Below are positions 38,760 through 50,205 of a stretch of 64,000 nucleotides of DNA, piece after piece (positions within the stretch are counted from its first letter, which is position 1; every line of letters begins with the position of its first letter). This stretch comes from Phyllosticta citribraziliensis (lineage: Eukaryota): NCBI RefSeq assembly GCF_038025025.1, contig NW_027117341.1:868001-932000 (forward strand), in the 5' to 3' direction. A program made the translations under genes and the position numbers. The notes under the pieces were generated by a model. The model was given only the letters and a program-made list of their open reading frames with translations. It made no database searches and had not been told where the DNA came from.

Positions 38760-41420
38760 TCAAACGGCAACGGCAGTCCTGTCAGGGTTTGGAGAACTTG
38801 ACGGAGGTGGGGGTAGAGGCATATTTGGTGGCGGCGCGGGAGGCGGCAGGCCCATGACTGGCATCGAGCGTCGTGGGAAAACACTCCTTCTGGGTTGGCC
38901 GTCGGGACCCTGTTCTGACGCCGCACGTGGGGTACTCGGACGGCGATTGCTGCTGGTTGAAGGAGGACGGCCGTTGGATGAGCTTCTTTCGACGGCTGCG
39001 GCGCGGCCAAAGACACCCTTGGTAGAGACACCAACGGGCTGACGGTTGGAAAGGAACGCGGCACCAGGTTGAGAACGAATCTGCATACTGACAGGACGCC
39101 TGAGTGTCTGCGGAGGCTGTGCTTGTTGCGCTGGCACGGGAGGTTGCAAGGGAAAAGGCGAAGACGGGAGGACGGGCGACGCGGGAACTTGCGTCGTTGT
39201 TGCTATGGGCGTCTTTCTGGGCGACTGCGGACGCACTTTGGAAGAGCTAATCGAAACCTCAGGCACTCCGCTTCTCGCAATGGCTGGCAGTGGAGCTTGT
39301 TCCGTCGGCTTTTGGGCGGGTTGAACCGAAGTCCGAGTCGCTTCTGCAGGTTTCATCTCTTCGGAATGGTCGGCGGAGCCTGGAGAGTGGGATCTAAGTT
39401 GGGGGGTGCTCCGCTTAGCAACCAACTCGGGGCTGACCTTGACCGGTAGAGAAGGGCCAAGCGAGGAAATGCGACGAGGGGGAACAAAGTTGCTTGGCCG
39501 GACGGGAATTCGCCGAAACCCCGGTTTGTTGATTGGCGCCTGGCGGTTCGTAGTCTTGCCTGTGGGCACTGTCGCTGCAGGTACTGTCGAAACCCGCACT
39601 TGGGGCGGAGGATCTGAAGTTGATACAGGCTCCTGTTCGGCGTCGGGCGACTTGACTGGAGGAGCGCTAGAGCTTCGAATCGTAGGCAGAGGTTTGTACG
39701 GACTGGTGTGAAAGGGCCGAGAAAACGACATGCGACTCGTCAATGGTCTGGATGGTCCTTGTTTAAGGTGCGCATTTTGTTCCTCGGTTTGAGACACTGT
39801 CAAAGGTTGAGTTCCCGGGAGAGAAGGGCCGAAACGCGAGTTTCGTGCAGGCCTCGAATTAGGACCATCGCTTGCAGGTTCGCCCGTTGATGAAAGTGGC
39901 CTGGAAGGCATAGACCTTCGGTTGGACTTGGAACTGGGTGGACTCGTCACAGCCGATTTGAGGGTCGAGGGACTTTGAGGAGGTTCGTCCTCGGGGATGG
40001 TGGGAGCGTCGCGGCCTGGTGAAGGTGGGGCAGTAGAAGTGTCTGGCGAAGTACCTGACGTTCTGTTGGAAACTACAGAGATACGAGAACTCTCTCTCAG
40101 CTGTGCCAGTTGCGCGTGCTCGTAAGAGGCGCTAGTCGGTGCCGTGGATGGGGCTTCCATGGACTGTCGAATCGAGGCTAATCGGCCAGTGTTGTTGGTC
40201 GCCGTCGAAGCATTTCTACGCACTTTGGACGTTCCTGCCGAAGACCAGTCCGCGTTGCTGACTGGCGGTGTTTCGGCGGGAGACTGTGGCGGGGTGCGCT
40301 CGGTGTCGAAGCGCGTGCTATCTCGATGGACGAGGTAGCGGTGGCTGGGTGCCTTTTGCAGCCCATGACCAGTATCTTCGCTTGCCGTGGTATCAGATCT
40401 CGACCTCCTTCCAGCCAAGATGTCAATCTCTTTTCTCAGCGCCGATAACCAAGCACCCATCTCTTCGGGACTATCAAAAACGAGGAGTAAAGTCGAAGCC
40501 GTCTTCTTGGCCGCGGCACCGACCCGCAAACGCGTGAGGAAGGACTTGGGCGGCTGGGTCGTCACAACACCGTCCTCGTTGGTTGCGTGGGAGACTTGCA
40601 AGACCCAATGCTTTCCGGGAATGAGATCGCAGGCAAAAGCGGCCGAGTCTCTGCCTAGCTGCAAAATCTTTTCCGGGAGACGGTCAGAGGGGCCGCCGCC
40701 TGCGTACTGGAGGACATGGCCGGAAGTGGTGAGGACGTATACTTTGTGAGACAGTTCCGGCGCTCCAAGCTGCGAACTCGTTGACATGCGCTTTTCGCGG
40801 CGGGCCACTCTCTTCATTTCGGCGTCGTTCTTGTCTTCCGGGATGGTGGACATGTCGAGTTTGCTCTCGAGCTTCTCCTGGAGCAAACTGTACTGCCTCC
40901 GGTGACTCTGGGTCTTGATGATGGCCTCGGCGGAAGCATTGGTGGCTTGCAGCAGAGCGTGCTTGATGGCCTGAGGGTAAGCCTGGAAGAGGGGAGGCGG
41001 CTCCCAGTTGGCCGGGTTTTGGGACCTCTGCCTCTTGGACGGTCCGCGGGAGCGTGGTGGGACGGATCGCGACTGCATCGACTTGTGGGGGGACGAGGGG
41101 GTTGCAGTGACGGGACTCAGGGCCGTGGTTGTCTTGGGCTCGCGGAGGGCGGTTAGACCAGGCTCGTGGTGACCCCTGGCGCGCTCCACTTTTGGACGAC
41201 TGAAGAGGTGAAAGAGCGACATGGTCGACTTTCGGTTGTCGAGAGTCGAAAGGGAAGCATTGGCAGCGAGTCTGTCGTGGTGGAGTGGCACAACAGGACG
41301 CGTGCGGCTCCAGCGCAAGCTTGGCTGACGGGGGACATTTTGGACTGATGTATCGATCGGCGGCAAATCCTTGAGGGAGCGGCGGGACCCGATGATCGCA
41401 AGGCCGTCGGCGTCAGGCAT
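38760..41420 (-). CDS. Fungal PH-domain protein with a long Ser/Pro-rich tail, ~886 aa, intronless
   Basis: Long ORF with ATG at 41420 (MPDADG...). Conserved blocks WEPPPLFQAYPQAIKHA and PH-like KVYVLTTSGHVLQYAG...LPEKILQLGRDSAAFACDLIPGKHWVLQV...LLVFDSPEEMGAWLSALRKEI. C-terminal polyproline PPPAPPPNMPLPPPP. Confidence 0.85.
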   Translation of the reverse strand: MPDADGLAIIGSRRSLKDLPPIDTSVQNVPRQPSLRWSRTRPVVPLHHDRLAANASLSTLDNRKSTMSLFHLFSRPKVERARGHHEPGLTALREPKTTTALSPVTATPSSPHKSMQSRSVPPRSRGPSKRQRSQNPANWEPPPLFQAYPQAIKHALLQATNASAEAIIKTQSHRRQYSLLQEKLESKLDMSTIPEDKNDAEMKRVARREKRMSTSSQLGAPELSHKVYVLTTSGHVLQYAGGGPSDRLPEKILQLGRDSAAFACDLIPGKHWVLQVSHATNEDGVVTTQPPKSFLTRLRVGAAAKKTASTLLLVFDSPEEMGAWLSALRKEIDILAGRRSRSDTTASEDTGHGLQKAPSHRYLVHRDSTRFDTERTPPQSPAETPPVSNADWSSAGTSKVRRNASTATNNTGRLASIRQSMEAPSTAPTSASYEHAQLAQLRESSRISVVSNRTSGTSPDTSTAPPSPGRDAPTIPEDEPPQSPSTLKSAVTSPPSSKSNRRSMPSRPLSSTGEPASDGPNSRPARNSRFGPSLPGTQPLTVSQTEEQNAHLKQGPSRPLTSRMSFSRPFHTSPYKPLPTIRSSSAPPVKSPDAEQEPVSTSDPPPQVRVSTVPAATVPTGKTTNRQAPINKPGFRRIPVRPSNFVPPRRISSLGPSLPVKVSPELVAKRSTPQLRSHSPGSADHSEEMKPAEATRTSVQPAQKPTEQAPLPAIARSGVPEVSISSSKVRPQSPRKTPIATTTQVPASPVLPSSPFPLQPPVPAQQAQPPQTLRRPVSMQIRSQPGAAFLSNRQPVGVSTKGVFGRAAAVERSSSNGRPPSTSSNRRPSTPRAASEQGPDGQPRRSVFPRRSMPVMGLPPPAPPPNMPLPPPPSSSPNPDRTAVAV

Positions 41421-42173
41421 GGCTCTTGGAGGGGAGACAGGGCAGCCTTGACCTTGGCGACGGCGGGCGACAAGAGCGGGGAGAAATTTTGACGTGACGG
41501 CGAGCAAAGTGTCGAGGGCGGACAGGGCCAGGAACAGCTGGCCAAGGGCCCCGGAGAGGGCAGTGAGGCAATCTATCTGGCACTGGACTGGAGCAGCAGG
41601 AGCCTGGAGGCGGCACGCGCCGGACTGCAGTGCTTTGCGGTGCAGGAGACTGAAGCAGGCATGTGTCGAGGCTCGCCTGGAGGAGGACCTGAGGATTTTG
41701 ACGTCGGGAAAGGGGCACACGGAGAGGGACGGGGACTCGACTAACCGCTAACGTGCAGCCCGGGGGGTTCGAGGGTTCGAGGGTTCGAGACGAACGGGGC
41801 GGCTGTTTCACGCGCCGGGCGCTAGGAAGAGGCCCATGGCGCCGCGCCCGAGTCGCGATGGAGGACAAGGTGGTGTTGATGGTGGGTCAGGTCGTCGACG
41901 TCGTCTTCTTCGCCATCGTCGTCGTCGTCGTCGCCGTCGTCGTCCCCCGCCCGGCGCCTCGACCGCACGCTGGCCTGGGGCCATCGGGTGGTTGTTGTTG
42001 TCGTTGGAGCACGGGACTCGATCTCTGTTGGTTCCTGCATGCGATCGCCGCGGGCGTGGGGAGACGTCGCCCAGCCCACCGCAGTCGCCTCCCGCTCTCA
42101 CCACCACATGCACAACCAACATCACCGTTCTGGCCACATCTCTCCACCGCTCACGCCCTCCCGCTCCCTCATA

Positions 42174-43310
42174 ATGCCCCCCGACCTCAACTCACTGCCG
42201 CCCTCGCGCTCGCCCTCCGTCTCAAACTCGACCCCCGCCACCGCCAACATGTCCTCATCCTCGCCCTCGCAACAGGCCCCCAGCCCTACCGGCCCTGCTC
42301 ACCACGCCCCGCACTCCATCCAAGTCGCCGCCATGCTCAACGCAAACGAAGAGCGTCGTTCCAGCTCCTCCTCCCACCGCAACTCCAACTCGGCCGCGCG
42401 CCGCCCCTCGAGCGTGCGCATGCAGCTAAACCTCATGGACCCTAACCTGCCGCAGCCTAGCGAGATTCAAATGAGCCCCTCGTTGCACTCGCACCGCCCC
42501 TCGTGGCCCACAAGCCCTCATCACCAACGCGCTCCAAGTCTGGGCGAGATACACCAGGAACTCGAGAGTGAGCAGGAGGCTCAGGTCGTACGTCTCAGCA
42601 GGGTCCCCCCCAGACCCCTTGTCAAAAAAAAATATACATTCCTGGCGCTAACCCCCGCTGCTAGAACCGCCTGTTGCACATGATCCGCCGCCAGCAAGCT
42701 GAAATCGCTGCACTTCGCTCAAACGAACCCTCCGCCATTGACGATAGCACCCCGTCTTCAGAACGCTCCCTCTCCCTCCCTCAATCCGCGACCGCCTCTC
42801 AATCCAACGTCTCGCAAATCGCACCGCCGCGCCCGCGCTCGCCGCTGCCTGGACAAGGCTCGCTTTCACGAAACAGTAGCCACAGGCGCTCTAGGAATAG
42901 CAGCAGGACAGGCAGCCCCGCCCTACGACCAACAAGCCACCACAGCGAAAGCGGAGATTGGCAGCTCGGCGCCGCCGGCAACAGGGATGAAAGTGCCTTT
43001 TACCAGGCTGAGACGCAGATGCTCACGCGCGAAAACCAGATGCTCAAGATGAGAATTCGCGAACTCGGTGCGTTCTGCGCCCTGACGTGTCCAATCGCTC
43101 TGGCGACTGACTCTACTTACAGAACGTCAATTACACGATCTCAATCCCATCTCCCCCATTACCCAGGCCCCGGTTACAACCTCAAATCTTTCCAGCCCCC
43201 CGCTGCGCCCCGAAGACGAACCATCAACTTTGCGCCTCGACAACCGCATGCCGCCCGTGACGCTTGGCGAGGCCGGAGCAGCGTCCTCCGCAGCCACATC
43301 CGCCCTGTAG
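42174..43310 (+). CDS. Conserved fungal Ser/Pro-rich coiled-coil protein, ~334 aa
   Basis: Exons 42174-42587, 42665-43067 and 43123-43310 join in frame through canonical introns. Blocks HQRAPSLGEIHQELESEQEAQVNRLLHMIR and RDESAFYQAETQMLTRENQMLKMRIRELERQL. Confidence 0.82.
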
Positions 43311-45727
43311 CAATGCGTTTGCGGGCAGCCTCCCCGTCTTTTCCTACCACAAGCTTCGCGCTAAGTCGACAAATCATCAGTTGCCAAGGCAGATACACGT
43401 GCTTGTCTGCGGCACTTGCAACACGCTTTCAAAAATTCTTTCTTCGGGCCCTCGGCGTACATGTGAAATCATGGCGTCACGACTAATTCTTCTTTTTCCG
43501 GCACTTCTCACCTCATCTGTCAGCGGCATGCATGCGGAACGAAATTCTAGGGCATTGCATGGAGTGAACCGGCGCCGGTCCACTCGAATTGGGCAAAGAG
43601 TGAATCAAGGCATATGGTATAAGCGCAAGGTAATAAAATCATGTTTGCCGAACTTTTTTTCCAGCCTTCAACCGCAATCAAGGGCACAACAGACTTGGCT
43701 TTTGGATGTGAGGCTTTTCAAGTGCACGAGTGGTGCCATGTCCACGCCAGCTTGCACGTCACGAGGACGCTGCACCGCCGAAACAGGTCGGCCTAGGTCA
43801 CGGCGGCGGTTACACTGCAGGCGGAACGCGCCTAATGCCATGTGCAGCCAGCTCGATACAGCAGGCAGTAAGAAGTCCAGCAGACGAAGCGCAGACGACG
43901 ACACTGCACGCGTGCGCGCATACTACCTGGTCGTCGTATCTGGGAAAACTTTGCGCCATCAATCTGCAATGTCCGCAGGCCTTGTTGAACACGTGTGGAA
44001 AGAAGTTTGAGCTTACATTCTCATGAATCTCCCCAGTCCTGACGCCACTGCTGGCACGCTTTGGCTGTTATTACTTTGACTCCAGAACCTCTGGACACCC
44101 GGTAATGTGTGGATAGACTACTTCAACATTCCCAACAACTCGCAAGGCAGACAAGAGGTGCGCTCGCCTGCTCGCCTGCTCGCCTGCCCGCCTTGCCAGC
44201 GCGCAACTACATCACGCATGGGAGTGGGGGGTGGGCATGTAAGTGTCAATGGCACATTACTTGCATACATACCTACATACATGCATGAATGCATGCAATG
44301 CATGCAATGCAGGCAGGGGTGCTCATATGCATGGAAACGTCGAAAAAAAGACGTCGTGCCCCGCTGTCAGACCACCTACCACTCCTCTCCTACCACGCTC
44401 GTCGGCCTTGCCTAGCTTTTGTTGTGATTTTTTGCGGTGGTTGTGCATGCGGGCCTTGTACTAGTAGGAGATGGGAGGCTGGGTGTAGGGGGTGGAGAAT
44501 CGGAAGGGTGAGGGTGAGGTGTTGAGTGATGCTGTTGTGCTGGCGTGTCGCCTACATGCGCGCCAGTGTGTTGTTTTCTAGTAGATGGAGCACTTGAATA
44601 GGCGATGTCGCGAAGGGAGGTGGGTTTTGACTACGCCTTGCCCTGCCTGCGTTCCTCCATTTCTCCCTCCGAAAACGATATAAAAGAGGCATAAGGGGTT
44701 AGCCGCATAGCAAATTCCCGTAGCTTGCCGCGCAAGAAACAAGGCAACCAAGAGCATTGAGAATATACAACTCAACTGTACCTGAGCACTGGAACAACCA
44801 GAACTCAAAGTTCTCATACTGGCTCTTTCGTGTCAGACACTTCTTCACGGAGGAGAAGAAAAAAACAATTAATATGCACAGTGTCATATTTGAATCATTT
44901 AGGGACTTAAACCAATGTCAGTGATGATTGCTTTTAGTTAACGCGTGTGAGATGTATATCCGAATCTGCTAGATGCGAAATGGTGGATAGGAGACACTGC
45001 AAACCGTCTGCTCAGCTAATAAATGCTCTAATGATGAAGCGTCAATTTGCAAGCACATAAACTAAGTGATGAAATACGGCGTGTCAAATGACTACTAGTA
45101 AAGTGAAAAGCACAAGTTAGTAATGCCGTGTAGGACTCTCTTCTCTCCATCATACCAAGGCAGCAGTACAATGCAGATAGACTCGCACTAGAGCAATGAT
45201 TGTACCTAAGAGAAGAGCCGGCCAGCATCAGTCGTACCCTCGCCTACCTAAGGCAAGTGAGTGGTGCAGTGAATGAAGGCGCTCAACAACATTCGCGACA
45301 CTTAGACCCATCCACCTTGGCACTTATTGGCAGACGCGCCAGCACCCTGAGTAAAAGAGACGACGCGCAAACAGCAGCTTTTATCTCCTGTGTTGGAGCG
45401 AACAGAGAAAGGAACACGATGTAGAAGATGCGCTCGCTGATATTTGACCCGTTCGTTCGTTCCATTAACGCCGCTGCTGCCAATTACGACTGCATAGATA
45501 GATGGACAGATTGATAGACAAACAACACCTAAGGAACGCCGTTGCCGTTCGCCCATAACCTTCGTACTGGTACACTGGAAGGATTCCAGGATAAAAAAGA
45601 GCACGACTGTAGTTGATTCAGGCTCCTTCAGCATCACGTGCTCTTGGCCCCAAGTCGTCATTCTTCATGAACCAAGTATCGATTGATTGGAATTTGAAGT
45701 TCTGCTCGCGTCCCCAAATTGCTTTCG

Positions 45728-47084
45728 TCACTCTTCTTCCGCGTCTTCCACCGTTGCCGTCCTCTGGCGCGCCTGGCCAGACTGCTGCTCGACACCTGTA
45801 GCCGCGGGTGCTCTGTCGACAGGAGCTGGCTCGGGCACGGCCTCCTTTTCTTGGACTGCCGCGGGAGGCGCAGGTGAGGGAGGCGATTGAGGCGTGTGCG
45901 TGTGGCTGTGGTTGTGACTGTGGCCTGCTTCGCGGGCCTTCCTCCTCGCCGTCCTTTCGGTCCTCTTGGCCTTTCTGGCTTCCTTGGCCTGCTTCTTGTC
46001 CTCTTCGGTCTACAGAAGCGAGTCAGTACGTCTGCTATTGAGGAAGTGCGAGAATCAAAGGAGTCAGCCACTGACCTCTTGCCAAGCCCACACTGGCCGG
46101 AATGAGTCAAAGAAGCCCACGTCTTCAAAGAGATTCGGATACAACCAGAGGCCAGGCGGAACAACGAAGACGGTGATGCAGAATAGGATCAGACGGAATA
46201 TGGCCATGGCGAAGAATAGACCAATCAGGCCCAACATGCCCATGCTCAGATACCACACGCCTTGGCGCATGAAGAGCGGCCACAGTGGAAACATGACGAC
46301 GGCGAAAACGGCAATCAAGGCACCACCAGCGTAAAGCTTTTGCTTCCACTGCGAGCCTTCGTAGAGCCAGACGTAGTGCGCGTCGTCATCTGCCGTTTGG
46401 TTCTGCTCCACCTTGACCGTCCACAAGCCCTTGACGCGCTTCTTCTTCCCATGTGCATGGCCTTCGTGTGGGTCGATCTTGGAGACGCGGAGAGCGAGAA
46501 GGGAGAGTGGGAGAAGCTTAAAGGCATTCTCCGCGCTGGCGCGATCATGGACTTCGGGAAGCTTTGGGTTCTTTGCACGGGCTTTTTGGTACGTGTCGGA
46601 CTGCAGAATGCGAATGGCGCGTTTGACTAGGACAGCCGTCAGCTCAAGCTCTGCAAAAACGCGGTGGCGTCGTGGAAGACTGACCCCTAAACATGTCTTT
46701 GCGCTTCTCGTTGAACAGACAGGTCCGATTCTTGAGGTCTTGATTCCGGAGAAAGTTGGCGACGGCGAGCGCTTCCGGAGTAGGAGGTCCCGGCTGCACT
46801 GGCTGTCCCTGCTGCTGCGGCCGGCCACCCTGCTGTTGGGCCTGTTGTTGAGCCTGTTGTTGCATCATCTGCTGCTGGTGCTGGCGCATTGCTTGCGCCT
46901 TGAGCTGCTCGACGTATTGCGGGACGGTCATGCCGTGCTTCTGGGCCTCGGAGGCTAGCTGGCGCTGCATGAATGCAATTTGCTCTGGAGTCGGTTGCTG
47001 TCCTGGACGAAAGCCTGGGGGCGCTTGCGGTGCTCCAACCGGAGGACCTTGGCCCGGCTGGCCCTGGGGAGGCGGAGTGGCCAT
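45728..47084 (-). CDS. SEC62: Translocation protein Sec62, ~410 aa
   Basis: Exons 47084-46685, 46626-46076 and 46009-45728. Motifs: NFLRNQDLK...DMFRVKRAIR, YVWLYEG, two TM helices with FPLWP, WLYPNLFEDVGFFDSFRPVWAW. Confidence 0.95.
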
Positions 47085-47443
47085 TGTGGTGAGGAGTGGG
47101 TGGCTCGCGATAGGATGGCCTGGAGCTGGAGAGACAGAGGAGAGGGAGTGAGGTGGGTTGAAAGAAAGCTGGTACAACGGGCTGGACAAGACCCTTCGAG
47201 AACTGAAGTAGGTTAATGCCACATCGCCTTCAGCAGCGGAGGCGGCTGCGGCCAGTCGCAACCGGGCCGGGCGTCGACTGGCGGTTGCCTTGGCGCCTTG
47301 GCGCGGGTGCTGACTCAGCCCCACACTCGGCTACGCGAGGTGCATTTTCTTCGTCGTCGCAGCTCGACGCTATATTTTCGCTCCACCAGCGACATCTTCC
47401 ATCGACCTTACCGTGAGAGACAGACTACCTTACAGCACTAGCC
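47085..47443. promoter_or_regulatory. Compact divergent promoter region between SEC62 and RPL12
   Basis: Head-to-head ATGs lie about 360 bp apart. Confidence 0.5.
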
Positions 47444-48101
47444 ATGCCGTAAGTATCGTCCTCTCGGCTCTGGCTATCACCCGCATGGCTAATGCCCGCT
47501 CCGCAGTCCCAAGTTCGATCCCAATGAGGTCAAGGTCATCCACCTGAGGGCCACCGGTGGTGAGGTTGGTGCCTCGTCCGCCCTCGCCCCCAAGATCGGT
47601 CCTCTCGGTCTTTCGCCCAAGAAGGTCGGTGAAGATATCGCCAAGGCCACGTAAGTTGCTCCTCCATGCGCGGCATCGACGCGACCGCTAACACGTCCGT
47701 AGTGGTGACTGGAAGGGTCTCCGTGTCACGGTCAGGCTCACCATCCAAAACCGTCAAGCCGCCGTCTCCGTCGTTCCCTCGGCCTCTTCGCTGGTCATCA
47801 AGGCTCTCAAGGAGCCTCCCCGTGACCGCAAGAAGGAGAAGAACATCAAGCACACCAAGTCGATCCCTCTCGACGAGATCATCGAGATCGCCCGCAAGCT
47901 GAGGTTCAAGTCCATGTCCAAGGAGCTCAAGGGCACCGTCAAGGAGGTCCTCGGCACTGCCTTCTCCACCGGCTGCCAGGTCGACGGTCGCTCCCCCAAG
48001 GACGTCTCTGACGACATTGAGGCCGGCGAGATTGAGAGTGAGTCTGGGAAATTCTCGGCTATGAAAACTCTGCTAACACTTTCCCAGTTCCCGAGGAGTA
48101 G
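47444..48101 (+). CDS. RPL12: 60S ribosomal protein L12 (uL11), 165 aa
   Basis: Exons 47444-47448, 47507-47650, 47703-48037 and 48088-48101 give [59 protein letters not shown]...[14 protein letters not shown]...EIEIPEE. Strong codon bias. Confidence 0.98.
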
Positions 48102-50205
48102 ATACCCACCACGAATTAGGCTCAATTGAATTTGCAGTCGGTTCATGAACAATGATAATGACGTCGATGCTACCTGGTTTGTTTGGGGACAGGTCAAAAA
48201 GACGCCTGGGCGTTGGGCGGCGGCGTTGTTCCCTGCCCGTGACGTGACAATTTTCTCTTTTATTTTTTTTCTTTTTCGCAATTCCTTACCAACACTCTGG
48301 CCCTGACAATCGCTCTGTGGTTTCGGCCTATTTTGGTGTAAGGGAGAGTAAACGACGCATTACTCACCGCGGCACTCTGGGCCCCTTCTGGGGCACCCGT
48401 GTGGGTGCAGCGGTCCATCATTTTTTCGTCAACATGATGTGTATGCCAAGGATGGGCAAGGACAGGCAAGGCAGATAGGACAAGACAAATGCATGGATTT
48501 TCTGAGAAACAAAGGCGGACGGATGTGACGTGAGTTGGGTGTGGTGGACGGCAACCCGGGACTGGGTGGTCACGAGTTTGGCAAGAGCCGGGTTGCAGAC
48601 GTTGCGAGTGGCTCGAATCGGGAGCGGATCGGATGCTAATATGGGCTGCGGCAGCAGTCCAAAGTCTGTATGGAAGCGGGACAGCCAAACGTTTTTTGCG
48701 GGGCGAGCAAGGTAGAGGGCAGAGTTTCGGCCTGTTCCGTCCAATGGCACAGTCGGCATGGCATGTAGCTGCAACGGCGGGTGCTACGAAGAACACTGGG
48801 AGTCAAGACAGGAGGCTGGGACCCGAGAGCCATGGCCTGGCGGAGGCGTGTTTTGAATGGGACTTTGGACGTGTGTGTATATTAACTGGCTGCAGACGAG
48901 TCACGACAGGGGGCGTCGCAGTTGCGGTGGGTGGGTTGGAGAAACGACGGGCGCGTGGGAGAGGGAGAGAAGGAGAGAGAGAGAGAGAGGCAGAATCAAA
49001 TCATCAGCATCGTCACGACTGAACCGGGAGGTGGGTCAGCACTCAGCACTGTTGGTGATGCGTCTCGCAGATTCGACAGCTCTTCTGCCCCGAGTCAGAC
49101 GAAACCCAAGGCGTCCACGAGGGCCGGGATGGATCAAGGCGAAGCTCTTGTGTGGGACCAACGGCCGGCCGATCGCTTCCCTCACAACTGTTGGCTGCAT
49201 GGAACACTGTTGAAGGGCTGATGCGATAAAAAGGACGACGATCCCGGCCCCGTCCTTCTCTCGCGGTACTGACAACGTCTTTTCCATCGTCATCATCACC
49301 GGGACTGGACTGGACTGGACTGGACCCCCGCGCCCCACGCTACGCTCCGCTCCGCTGACTGACGGCCTGCCCTTGGACGACACGACACTACACGACACGA
49401 CGACGACAAGCTGCTTCAGTGCTTGGCTGTGGCCCACTGCGGCGCTGCTCGTCACCGCGTGTGACATAGCCTGATGCTGCCAGCCGCTGGTGGGCGCAAA
49501 AATCAGGCTGGTCCCCCAATCTCTCGCGTCGCCCGTCGTCCCACTCGACTCGACTCGCTCAGCTCCCGTCAGCTTATCTGTTACTGTGTACGCTGGCTGC
49601 TGGCTGCTGGCTGCTTGCGCTGAGCTGGGAGCCCTGCAAGGCCCACGCCGCATTGCCCAGCCACGGCACCCGCACCCGCACCGCTGAGGTGCTGAGTGAC
49701 ACATTCCCCGTCCCTCCGAGTCGCTTCGGGTGGCCCGCGACCTGTCCTCCACTGGCTCCCTTGCATCTTAACCATCGTCTGTCTTCCTGAGACCGTCATC
49801 AGAGACGCTTTGTCTCCCACACCGCCGTGCCCCATATCCTCACCCGCCGCCGTTGCGCCAGTTCCTCTACGGCCCACTCCGCTGTCAGCCGTCCTCTCCA
49901 TCCTCCCGAGCTTACCGTCCGATTCCCTCCTGGTTGTTTGCCAGTCGAGGCGCGACACCATCACGACCGCGCCCTCCACGACATGTCATGGTTAGTCGGC
50001 GGAACGACTAGACGACGCAAAGGCATAGGCACCGCTCGTCTTCCCAGACTGCCCATATGATAGCAGCGCTCTCTCTCCATCGCGTCTGATTTTTTTATTC
50101 CTTTCCTTCCTTTCCTTGTTCTCCATTTTCTCGTCTTCCGCCGACGTTTTCCCTCCTCCGCGTCGGCCTCTCTCCCGCGCTCCCGCTCCTCCACGCCCTG
50201 TAGAA

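Noticed and set aside
41421..41720. N-terminal 100-codon extension of the PH-domain ORF
   Set aside because: It starts at a non-ATG codon and reads like 5' UTR; the ATG at 41420 is the more plausible start.
41765..41788. GGTTCGA motifs as a tRNA T-loop or Pol III B-box
   Set aside because: It is a (GGGTTCGA)x3 simple repeat with no cloverleaf or A-box.
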